From positions 1,792,001-1,856,000 of the forward strand of contig OZ245040.1 in the NCBI GenBank assembly GCA_965224195.1: DNA of 64,000 nt, read 5' to 3'. Below the pieces are notes generated by a model. That model made no database searches. It had not been told where the DNA came from and saw nothing but the letters and a program-made list of their open reading frames with translations. Each line of letters opens with the position of its first letter. Positions within the stretch are counted from its first letter, which is position 1. Origin of the DNA: Nitrosopumilus sp. (GTDB taxonomy: Archaea > Thermoproteota > Nitrososphaeria > Nitrososphaerales > Nitrosopumilaceae). Both the position numbers and the translations under genes were made by a program. Positions 18,157 through 25,913 of the stretch are shown here, one piece after another.

Positions 18157-19731
18157 CTAGAGTCCAAATGGGGTTTCAAGTAAGACTCCACCAACTGGCA
18201 CATTAGGTGCAGGGTTTGAATCTCCAATGGGTTCCTCAGTAATTACAATTGCATCGTAAATCCAAGGATTTACCATTTGTTGTGAAAACGAAAGTTTTCC
18301 ATTATCATGAGACTTGCCTAGACTTAGCTTATAGCCAGAGTCCATATCAACAAGCCATCCTTCTTGAACCATTCCTGATGAAGTGTTTTTGATGTGAGTA
18401 GTTACATTGACATGATCACTACCATCGACTGAAATTGAAAAAGTTCCAACAGTTATACCGCCAAATGGGGCATCACCTGAAGGTGCAGTTAAGTCACCTT
18501 TCGTAGGACTATCTTTCATCATCATTTTGTCATCCATCATTTTATCTTTCATCATATGATCGTCTTTCATCATCATCTTATCCATCTTAGAATCTACTTC
18601 AACAAATGGGCAGTTTACTACAAAACCAGCTAAACCAGTTTCAAGTTTACCTTTAGATGCTGCTTGGGTTATTTCACCAACAGTCTTTAGAAAATCTGCG
18701 CTGTCAGGATTATCCCATGTTGCAGTTTGGATTCTCCAAAGTGGACTATAGAATTTGTCTCCAACAGTTGTTGAACCAATACTTGCTTGGAACCCTAATG
18801 GGCCATTACCTTCTAAACCATTTGTAAATACATACAAATCTGAAGATGATGATGTAGCGATTGTTTCTTGAATTCTAGGAACATAAATTACGCCTAATGC
18901 ATCTGCAACATCTTTTGAGGATGCGTCAGTTGCAATATAGTAGATAGTGTCACCATTTGGTGCAAAACCTCTATGGGCAACAAATGTTACTTTCATGTTT
19001 TCAAGATCAATGTCAAGTACTTGTCCTCCACCATATGGATCAGCACCAGTTACATGAGGATTATCTCTAAGTTGGAGTTGACCACCATGCCATTTTACAA
19101 ATGGACAGTTTACAATTACTCCAGCTTCTTCAATAGATAATTCACCGCTACTTTGAGCTTTAAAAATATCCATTTCAGATTTTAATTCTCTTGGTTCTGA
19201 ACCTTCATTCCATGTTACTGCATTTACATTCCATAGTGGACTGTATTTGTCATCTCCTGGTTGAGAATCAGCAACTTGTGGCTGAAAACCAAAAGCACCA
19301 GTACCTTCTATACCATTAGTAAATGCATAGATTTGTGCAAGTGCTTCTTCTGGTGTAGATTCTAATGCAGGAGTATAAGCAACTCTAAATCCTGTAAGAT
19401 CAGTTAAATGATTAGCAACCTCTTCTACTGATGCTTCAGTAGAGATATAGAAAATCTCTTCACCATTTGCATATCCTCTTGTTAAAGGAATATCAAGTGG
19501 TAAGTTAGTGTTTGAAAGAGTTGGTTGTTTTTTTGAACTAGTCATACTAGGTTCAGGTTCTGAACATAATCTATCACCACATACAAGTGAATTGACAGAT
19601 CCCGTTTTTGTTAGAGAATTACCTTTACTTTTCAATGCTTCAGCATTTGGAATCAAATCCACAGATGCAACTGTAGCAGATGTCATAAGAACAGCCATAA
19701 TGAATAGGACTGAAATTGTTTTGTTCGTCAT
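18157..19731 (-). CDS. Secreted protein with two YSPLW..VNCPF repeat domains and a Met-rich linker
   Basis: Signal peptide, VCGDRLC motif, two homologous domains and the MDKMMMKDDHMMKDKMMDDKMMMKD tract. Confidence 0.8.
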   Translation of the reverse strand: MTNKTISVLFIMAVLMTSATVASVDLIPNAEALKSKGNSLTKTGSVNSLVCGDRLCSEPEPSMTSSKKQPTLSNTNLPLDIPLTRGYANGEEIFYISTEASVEEVANHLTDLTGFRVAYTPALESTPEEALAQIYAFTNGIEGTGAFGFQPQVADSQPGDDKYSPLWNVNAVTWNEGSEPRELKSEMDIFKAQSSGELSIEEAGVIVNCPFVKWHGGQLQLRDNPHVTGADPYGGGQVLDIDLENMKVTFVAHRGFAPNGDTIYYIATDASSKDVADALGVIYVPRIQETIATSSSSDLYVFTNGLEGNGPLGFQASIGSTTVGDKFYSPLWRIQTATWDNPDSADFLKTVGEITQAASKGKLETGLAGFVVNCPFVEVDSKMDKMMMKDDHMMKDKMMDDKMMMKDSPTKGDLTAPSGDAPFGGITVGTFSISVDGSDHVNVTTHIKNTSSGMVQEGWLVDMDSGYKLSLGKSHDNGKLSFSQQMVNPWIYDAIVITEEPIGDSNPAPNVPVGGVLLETPFGL

Positions 19732-19955
19732 TGTAAAATAGAATGATTTTAGGTATTAAGCCAGTTTTCCACTTTAGACCCCAATCTTTTGAAAATCAAT
19801 TTGGATAAAATTTTGGTAAAATAGATTAATGTTATCAAAAATTGCATTCAATGATTCGGTTCGAATTTTTCCTCTTGTTCGTGGTTTTGTCACTTCGAAT
19901 CGAATCAAAAAAGTGTTAGTTATAGACAAAAGAACAGGGTGTTGAACTGATCTGA

Positions 19956-19975
19956 CAAAACCCGATGGGAGCATT
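19956..19975 (+). repeat. attR (duplicated tRNA-Glu 3' end)
   Basis: CAAAACCCGATGGGAGCATT, 19/20 identical to 6073-6092. Confidence 0.9.
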
Positions 19976-20021
19976 TTAATTTTAAAATTGTTTCTTTAAA
20001 TAACAAAATTCTCAATCAAGT

Positions 20022-20681
20022 TTGTTGGGTTTAAGAGAAATCGAATTAAAAGAAGAATATCGTTCAGACAAAGATGATATTGTTTCCGAATTTTTCCTCC
20101 CCTGTCTAAGTAATTGTATTGAATATGATAGATGTGTTGATTTTTTATCGATTCAAACACTATCAACATTCTCAGTAGCATTTGAGAGATTTGCAGAAGG
20201 GAAAGCAAAGTTAAGGATTGTCACAGGACATAGATTTAGAACTGCTGATCTTAATTTGTTTACAAAACTCTTTTCTGAAAAATATACAAAGTCATTTGAT
20301 GGAAAATTAATCAAAGACGCTAAAATGCAAAAACTTCAAGACATCGTGAATAATGGACAAGTTGAATTAAAAATTGCAATTCCAAATTCAGAGAGCATAG
20401 CAGATACATTTTCAGAAAGAATTGGGATTTTTAGGGATGAGGATGATCAAACAGTTGCGTTTACAGGAACATCTAAAGAATCATTTTCGGCTCAAACTAG
20501 AGATTTTGAATCAGTGGATGTATTTACATCATGGAATGATAAATCCAGAGTTGAAAGAAAAGTAAAAGACTTTGAAGACTTGTGGCAAAATAAAACAAAG
20601 CATGTAGAAGTTTATGATTTTATGTATGCTGAAGAAAATAATCTTTTAAAATATTCTTCAGAATGGATTATGAGAGATTAG
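20022..20681 (+). CDS. Stand-alone PLD-like domain resembling the N-terminus of DEAD/DEAH restriction-type helicases
   Basis: YRSDKDDIVSEFFLPCL...YDR and IGIFRD....VAFTGTS.ES...FESVDVFTSW pattern; the expected HxK reads SER. Confidence 0.7.
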   Translation: MLGLREIELKEEYRSDKDDIVSEFFLPCLSNCIEYDRCVDFLSIQTLSTFSVAFERFAEGKAKLRIVTGHRFRTADLNLFTKLFSEKYTKSFDGKLIKDAKMQKLQDIVNNGQVELKIAIPNSESIADTFSERIGIFRDEDDQTVAFTGTSKESFSAQTRDFESVDVFTSWNDKSRVERKVKDFEDLWQNKTKHVEVYDFMYAEENNLLKYSSEWIMRD

Positions 20682-21241
20682 AGATTAAATGATTCTTCAA
20701 ATCTTGATTTGTTTTCAGAAAAATCCATTTTGTTAATTTTATAGTAAATAACTTCACCACGGCGCTCAATTACTGCAATTATAGGTTCTTTTCCCATTTG
20801 AGTAATCTCTTCAATCTTTTTTTGTAGATTTCCCATCTTTTCTTGTTGACCTTCATTTAGTCCAAAGATTAGAAATTTTGCTCCTTTTTCACCATATTGA
20901 CCTCTCTCATAAACTCTAAAATCAGAACCAAATCCAAATCCATCTTTTACAACATACCCTCTATTCCGAAGATCACGATAAATTAAAAATTTCGTTAAAA
21001 TTTCAGAATCAGTTTTTTGAACAATACCCATAAAGGTATCAAAATCAATTTGTTTTTTTTTATTTTTTAAAACCAGTCGTTTTGTATACAGCAAGTAAAG
21101 AGTTTCAAATGATTTTAGGAATAATTTTTCTTTTTCAATTTCTCCAAAGCCCTTTAATTCTAATTCATGAATCATGTTCTTTTGTGAAATACATGTTTGA
21201 TCAGAAACTAATTCTCCATCAACTAACGGGGTCTCATCCAT
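20678..21241 (-). CDS. endA: tRNA-intron endonuclease, catalytic subunit
   Basis: YRDLRNRGYVVKDGFGFGSDFRVY motif. Confidence 0.9.
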   Translation of the reverse strand: MDETPLVDGELVSDQTCISQKNMIHELELKGFGEIEKEKLFLKSFETLYLLYTKRLVLKNKKKQIDFDTFMGIVQKTDSEILTKFLIYRDLRNRGYVVKDGFGFGSDFRVYERGQYGEKGAKFLIFGLNEGQQEKMGNLQKKIEEITQMGKEPIIAVIERRGEVIYYKINKMDFSENKSRFEESFNL

Positions 21242-21339
21242 AATAAAGTGAAAATCAAAGGATTTCCATATAAGCATTGGAGAATATGGGGGATGTCCTG
21301 CTAACCGTTAAAATATGGGCATTTTGGCTTGAGATTATC

Positions 21340-21849
21340 ATGCATGGTGCTAATTATCGAGATGGAAAAGGTCAAGTCTTTACAAGAAAAGAATACATCA
21401 AAGGTAAACCGCAAATCAAAATTGCAAAATTTCAAGGTGGTAAAAGAGGAACATATCAGTACTGTGTTCAATTATTGTTAAACGAAAAAATTCAAATCCG
21501 ACACATGGCGATTGAATCTACAAGATTAGCAGCAAACAAAACACTAGAAAAAACAACTGGTGAAACAGGGTATTATTCAAGATTAAGAATTTATCCACAC
21601 AATCTTCTTAGAGAAAACAAACAAATCGCAACTGCAGGTGCAGACAGAGTTTCAGAAGGAATGAGAAGATCATGGGGGAAAGCAGTAAGCCTAGGTGCCA
21701 GAGTAAAACAAGGACAATGTATTATGGAACTATATGTAAACGGAGATGCTCATTTAACAGCTGCAAAAAAAGCACTTCATGGTTCATGTGTAAAATTACC
21801 AGGAACCCCACTCATCAAAGTGATTGAATGGAATAAATTATCACCATAA
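21340..21849 (+). CDS. rpl10e: 50S ribosomal protein uL16 (L10e)
   Basis: LRIYPH.LLRENK..TAGADRVSEGMRRSWGK; start taken at MHGANY. Confidence 0.95.
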   Translation: MHGANYRDGKGQVFTRKEYIKGKPQIKIAKFQGGKRGTYQYCVQLLLNEKIQIRHMAIESTRLAANKTLEKTTGETGYYSRLRIYPHNLLRENKQIATAGADRVSEGMRRSWGKAVSLGARVKQGQCIMELYVNGDAHLTAAKKALHGSCVKLPGTPLIKVIEWNKLSP

Positions 21850-22104
21850 ATTATCTAAATCAGATTTCTTATTTTTAACAAATTCTAAAAATTCTTGAAA
21901 TTCTTGTTTTGTTGGTTCTCGATTTAGAATTCTTTTTGACTGATAATAAAATGTGTTATAGATTCTCCCAACAACAATACCCAAAGCAAAAGATTTTGAA
22001 TCATCAATTGAGGATAGTGATTTGATTAATTGTTTAATTTCATCTTTATTTGATATAGAGTCTTGAATTTTTTGCTCAATTTTCTTTAGAAGAGTTTCAT
22101 CCAT
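21841..22104 (-). CDS. Hypothetical protein
   Basis: 87-aa ORF with GRIYNTFYYQSKRILNREP motif. Confidence 0.7.
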   Translation of the reverse strand: MDETLLKKIEQKIQDSISNKDEIKQLIKSLSSIDDSKSFALGIVVGRIYNTFYYQSKRILNREPTKQEFQEFLEFVKNKKSDLDNLW

Positions 22105-22167
22105 AAATCATCTTAACTGAAATAGTTAAAAACAGTTTAATATCCAAATTCAGCCTTGAGGTTTGTT

Positions 22168-22244
22168 GCAGTTATAGTACAGTCTGGTTAGTACTCGTGC
22201 TTGCCAAGTACGTGACCCGGGTTCAAATCCCGGTAACTGCACCA
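22168..22244 (+). tRNA. tRNA-Gly (GCC), CCA encoded
   Basis: Acceptor GCAGTTA/TAACTGC, anticodon loop TTGCCAA, T-arm CCGGG-TTCAAAT-CCCGG. Confidence 0.95.
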
Positions 22245-22248
22245 CTTT

Positions 22249-22677
22249 TCATTTATTTTTTGGAATCAATGCATTTACAATTATCTCAAGTGCATCTTGA
22301 GCTTTTTCAGGACGTGGTAATTGAATCATAAACACATTGTCTTTTCCATAATTAGATTTTGGGGAAGTAAGGGCAAGCATTGATGTTTTTGCAAGAGATT
22401 GAAAAAAAGCAAGATGAGTTTTTGCATCTACTAGAAATGTTTCAGTAATATTACCTTTTGAAAAAGTCAATGTTACTTCGACAAATACATTACCCAACCC
22501 ATCTTGTAAAATATTTAAATCAGTATTAATGGACAAAGATTGCCCTGCAACTTTTGACAACATCACATCATATTTTTTCTCATCTAATTCAATACAAGGA
22601 GTTTCATTTCCTTCAAAATCAAAAGTAGTGATTCCATGATGCACTCGATCTAAGAATTGTTTGAGTTCATCAGACAT
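22249..22677 (-). CDS. Hypothetical protein
   Basis: 142-aa ORF overlapping the end of the antiporter gene. Confidence 0.7.
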   Translation of the reverse strand: MSDELKQFLDRVHHGITTFDFEGNETPCIELDEKKYDVMLSKVAGQSLSINTDLNILQDGLGNVFVEVTLTFSKGNITETFLVDAKTHLAFFQSLAKTSMLALTSPKSNYGKDNVFMIQLPRPEKAQDALEIIVNALIPKNK

Positions 22678-24013
22678 TTTCTTTATCTTCCAAGGCTGGA
22701 ATTACTTTGTCACCTGCCTTCATCATAAAAGGAGAGAGGAAAGCAGTGACAATAGAAATTATACCAACTAGTGGGAACAAGAAAGGACTAACTGCACCTA
22801 TATCAACTCCAACTTTTACAATGACAATAGAGAATTCCCCTCTGGGAGCTGCCAAAGTAAATGCAGAGCGAAGTGCCTTGCCACGTTTCTGTCTAAAAAT
22901 AAAATTTCCAAGCATATTACCACCAAATTTCATTCCAGTTGCAACTGCAATCAAAGCAATTGCTACAAAAATATAATTTTCAAGTTGAGAAACATCCATC
23001 AAAGCACCAACTGAAATGAAGAATATGGCAACAAACATGTCTTTGATTGGACTTGAGAGTAGCTTTGCCACCTCAGCAGATTTTGATTCGGCAACTAAAA
23101 CCCCTGCTAAAAATGCCCCAATTGCTACAGACAGTCCCACAATATTTGCAAATAATGCGTAACCAAAGCAAAGACCTAGTACACTGAGTAGTAAGATTTC
23201 CCTATGTTCTGCTGCTGCAACTCTATCAATTAGAGGCGGGATTACGCGAGTTCCAATAGTAAAGGTACCTACAATTAATCCAGTGGCAACTAATACAACT
23301 ACAATGATTGATTCTATGGATACAGTTCCAACCAATGCAATTGATTGTAAAGAAGAAATCAAAATAACGGCTATTACATCCTCTACAATCAAAATACCAA
23401 GAATCATAATGGATGATTCTTTTTTGATTTTTCCCATCTCTTCCAATAATTTTACAATAATTGCAGTACTAGATACAGACAAGGCTGCAGAAATAAACAG
23501 AGCATCCATAAATCCTAATCCAAGTGCAGTAGCAGTATAGAACAATACACCTAAGGTTGAAAATAATCCTATAGTTCCAACACCAACAGCAACGCGTCCT
23601 ATACTTTTAATTTTTGCATATGGAAACTCTATACCAATTACAAAAAGAAGTAAGATGACTCCAATTTCAGCAAAAAGATTCAGTGCCGAAATATCAGATA
23701 AAATTCCAATACCACCTATAGCATCAGTAGGAGGTCCGCCTGCAGGCAATATCCAAGACCAAAGGGAAGAAAACGGCCCAATCAGCATTCCTGCAAAAAG
23801 ATATCCAATGATCAATGGTTGTTTAATTTTAAAGAAAGCTAGAGTTACAACAGCGCCAATAATCATAATGAATGCTAAATCAGTGACAAAACTTGTGTGA
23901 GGTAATTCAGGAGTAATTTGTTCGATTAGACTGGTTACAGTATTGTTAAGTGTACTATGAATTCCACCAGAATCTAACTGGAGTGGAATGTTTTGCATGT
24001 TATCAGTTAGCAA
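22670..24013 (-). CDS. Cation:proton antiporter (CPA2/KefB-like)
   Basis: Multi-TM; GVILLLFVIGIE, SSTAII, EDV and RGEFS motifs. Confidence 0.9.
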   Translation of the reverse strand: MLTDNMQNIPLQLDSGGIHSTLNNTVTSLIEQITPELPHTSFVTDLAFIMIIGAVVTLAFFKIKQPLIIGYLFAGMLIGPFSSLWSWILPAGGPPTDAIGGIGILSDISALNLFAEIGVILLLFVIGIEFPYAKIKSIGRVAVGVGTIGLFSTLGVLFYTATALGLGFMDALFISAALSVSSTAIIVKLLEEMGKIKKESSIMILGILIVEDVIAVILISSLQSIALVGTVSIESIIVVVLVATGLIVGTFTIGTRVIPPLIDRVAAAEHREILLLSVLGLCFGYALFANIVGLSVAIGAFLAGVLVAESKSAEVAKLLSSPIKDMFVAIFFISVGALMDVSQLENYIFVAIALIAVATGMKFGGNMLGNFIFRQKRGKALRSAFTLAAPRGEFSIVIVKVGVDIGAVSPFLFPLVGIISIVTAFLSPFMMKAGDKVIPALEDKENV

Positions 24014-24123
24014 ATTTGTTTAAAAACGATTGTGGATTATAAATTTCAAATTTTCAGCACATAATTTCAGGCTCAATGATTTTGAAAATCTTTAACCTCT
24101 TTATGCCCAAAGAACATAATCGA

Positions 24124-24190
24124 TATGCAGAGTGATGATTAGGTCATCTGATTTAATGAAGAGAAATGACCTGGGGTATCTGACTGCATA
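24124..24190 (+). ncRNA. Box C/D sRNA
   Basis: Terminal stem TATGCAG/CTGCATA; C box GTGATGA 24132-24138; D' CTGA 24148-24151; C' ATGAAGA 24156-24162; D CTGA 24180-24183. Confidence 0.8.
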
Positions 24191-24220
24191 ATTGGTTACT
24201 TTGTAATCACCCTGCTATTA

Positions 24221-24245
24221 ATAGTACGGTACCATACCGTACTAT
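24221..24245. promoter_or_regulatory. Perfect 11-bp inverted repeat abutting a start codon
   Basis: ATAGTACGGTA-CCA-TACCGTACTAT, followed immediately by ATG at 24246. Confidence 0.65.
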
Positions 24246-24353
24246 ATGATTGAATGTGAATATTGTCCAAGAGGATTTATTGAAACAGCAAACGGACTAG
24301 CTGAAAAGACATTTCATGAATTACTTCATGAACCAGAAGTTGTAAACAAGTAG
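24246..24353 (+). CDS. 35-aa C2H2-like zinc-finger microprotein
   Basis: Hand translation: MIECEYCPRGFIETANGLAEKTFHELLHEPEVVNK*. Confidence 0.6.
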   Translation: MIECEYCPRGFIETANGLAEKTFHELLHEPEVVNK

Positions 24354-24413
24354 CTCTTTACACTTTTTATTTTACACCTAACTTTTTTATCTTTAAATTT
24401 TAAATGATTGTAC

Positions 24414-25910
24414 ATGGCTGCCAAAATTACAAAAAAGAAGACTACAGTCAAGACAAAGAAAGAGCCTAATCCATCAGTCTTATTAAAAAAAGTAGCATCA
24501 GTTTCAGATTCAAACAAAACATTACAAAAAGAAATTAAAGTAATGTCAAAAATATTTGGTGAAAATCAAAAAGTGTTAGTATCCATGAAAGGAATGATTG
24601 ACACATTAACATCCACACTAGAACATATTCAAAAACAATCAAAACAAATTAACAATATTGAAGACGACACTCAAAAATTATACGCAGGATTAAACCAAGT
24701 CAGATCACAATCAAATTTAGTTAATAAAATTAATGACCAGACTTCTAAATTAGAAAAAGAAATCAATAGAATTTCAGAGTCATCAAAATCTCAAGACATA
24801 TCACAGCAAGTAGAAGAGAGTATGAATTCAATTAAAAATAATTCTCAAATGATTATCAAAATTGCACAAAGAATTGATGAAGTTAGAGATGATTTACGAA
24901 AAGTTTCTGGAAAGACAGATTCATTCTTAGAAATTGGTTCTGAGATGGACAATCTAAAAAATACAATTAATGAGATTTCCGGAAAAACAGCAAAATTAGA
25001 TACAGGTTCACAAATTATTGAAAGCCTCAAACAAGAATTAGGAAGAATTTCAGAAGGGGCGTCATCCAGTTCAAATCTAAATACAGAATTAGAGGCCATC
25101 AAAATTACAATTGATGCAATATCATCTAAAGCATCAAAAATTGATTCGCTAGGAGGAGTAATTGATGGATTAAAACAACAATTTGATTCCATAGAATCAA
25201 AAGCAGGTTCTGTAGATAATTTGAGCCTAGAATCAATTGAAGAATTGGGAGGTAAAATTGATAAAATTGAAACGGAGATTGGAACACTGGCACAAAGAGC
25301 AGATTCCACAGCATTTGTAGGTGAAGGACTAAAATCAGTTCAGGAAGAAGTTTCAAATTTCAAACAAAATGTATTTGATAAAACAAACAGTATTGAACAA
25401 AAAATATCATCAGTCTCAGATACTCTAAAAAGACAAGATGAATCTACAATAGAATTCCATAAAAAATCTGAAAGACTATTTCAAGAATTACAGTCAGTCA
25501 AAGAAGTCACAAGCAAGGCATCTAGTGATTCATCTAAAGAGATGATGGCGTTGTTGAAGCTTTCTGAATACCAGTCAAGCATTAGAATGAATGCTGAATC
25601 AAAATATGGAGTGTCAAAAGATATAGAAAAAATGGCATCTCAAACAGCAGATATTGTAAATCTCTTTGACAGAATTTCAATTGAAGCCGAAGAAAAAATT
25701 CCATTACCTCATGAAGTTCGACAGTGGGCAGTTAGCAAAATATTAGATTGTGCAGATAGGTGGGAAGTAAGATTTAGTGATGTTTATTCAATTTTAGCAA
25801 ATGCAATTGGCAGAGACATGCTAAAAGAAGCAATACGAATTCCGCAAGTACGAGACATTTATGGAATAAGAGCTGTTGATGAAATTAGAAAGGATCTAAA
25901 TATTTCTTAA
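24414..25910 (+). CDS. Long coiled-coil protein
   Basis: Heptad-rich across ~400 aa with a globular C-terminus; no TM segment. Confidence 0.75.
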   Translation: MAAKITKKKTTVKTKKEPNPSVLLKKVASVSDSNKTLQKEIKVMSKIFGENQKVLVSMKGMIDTLTSTLEHIQKQSKQINNIEDDTQKLYAGLNQVRSQSNLVNKINDQTSKLEKEINRISESSKSQDISQQVEESMNSIKNNSQMIIKIAQRIDEVRDDLRKVSGKTDSFLEIGSEMDNLKNTINEISGKTAKLDTGSQIIESLKQELGRISEGASSSSNLNTELEAIKITIDAISSKASKIDSLGGVIDGLKQQFDSIESKAGSVDNLSLESIEELGGKIDKIETEIGTLAQRADSTAFVGEGLKSVQEEVSNFKQNVFDKTNSIEQKISSVSDTLKRQDESTIEFHKKSERLFQELQSVKEVTSKASSDSSKEMMALLKLSEYQSSIRMNAESKYGVSKDIEKMASQTADIVNLFDRISIEAEEKIPLPHEVRQWAVSKILDCADRWEVRFSDVYSILANAIGRDMLKEAIRIPQVRDIYGIRAVDEIRKDLNIS

Positions 25911-25913
25911 TTA

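Larger units (their letters stand above)
6073..19975. mobile_element. Integrated element / genomic island (~13.9 kb) at the tRNA-Glu 3' end
   Basis: Integrase directly after the tRNA; tRNA 3' end duplicated at 19956-19975; accessory gene content; host-type genes resume at 20022. Confidence 0.9.

Noticed and set aside
19774-19974. 66-aa ORF spanning attR
   Set aside because: It starts inside the att repeat and crosses a palindrome-rich region; likely spurious.
22168-22244. Second integration site at tRNA-Gly (also checked tRNA-Ser)
   Set aside because: No duplicated 3' end or nearby integrase noticed; flanking genes look like host genes.
24414-25910. Methyl-accepting chemotaxis protein or SMC protein
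   Set aside because: Only generic coiled-coil character; no MCP hairpin signature, Walker motifs or TM segments.
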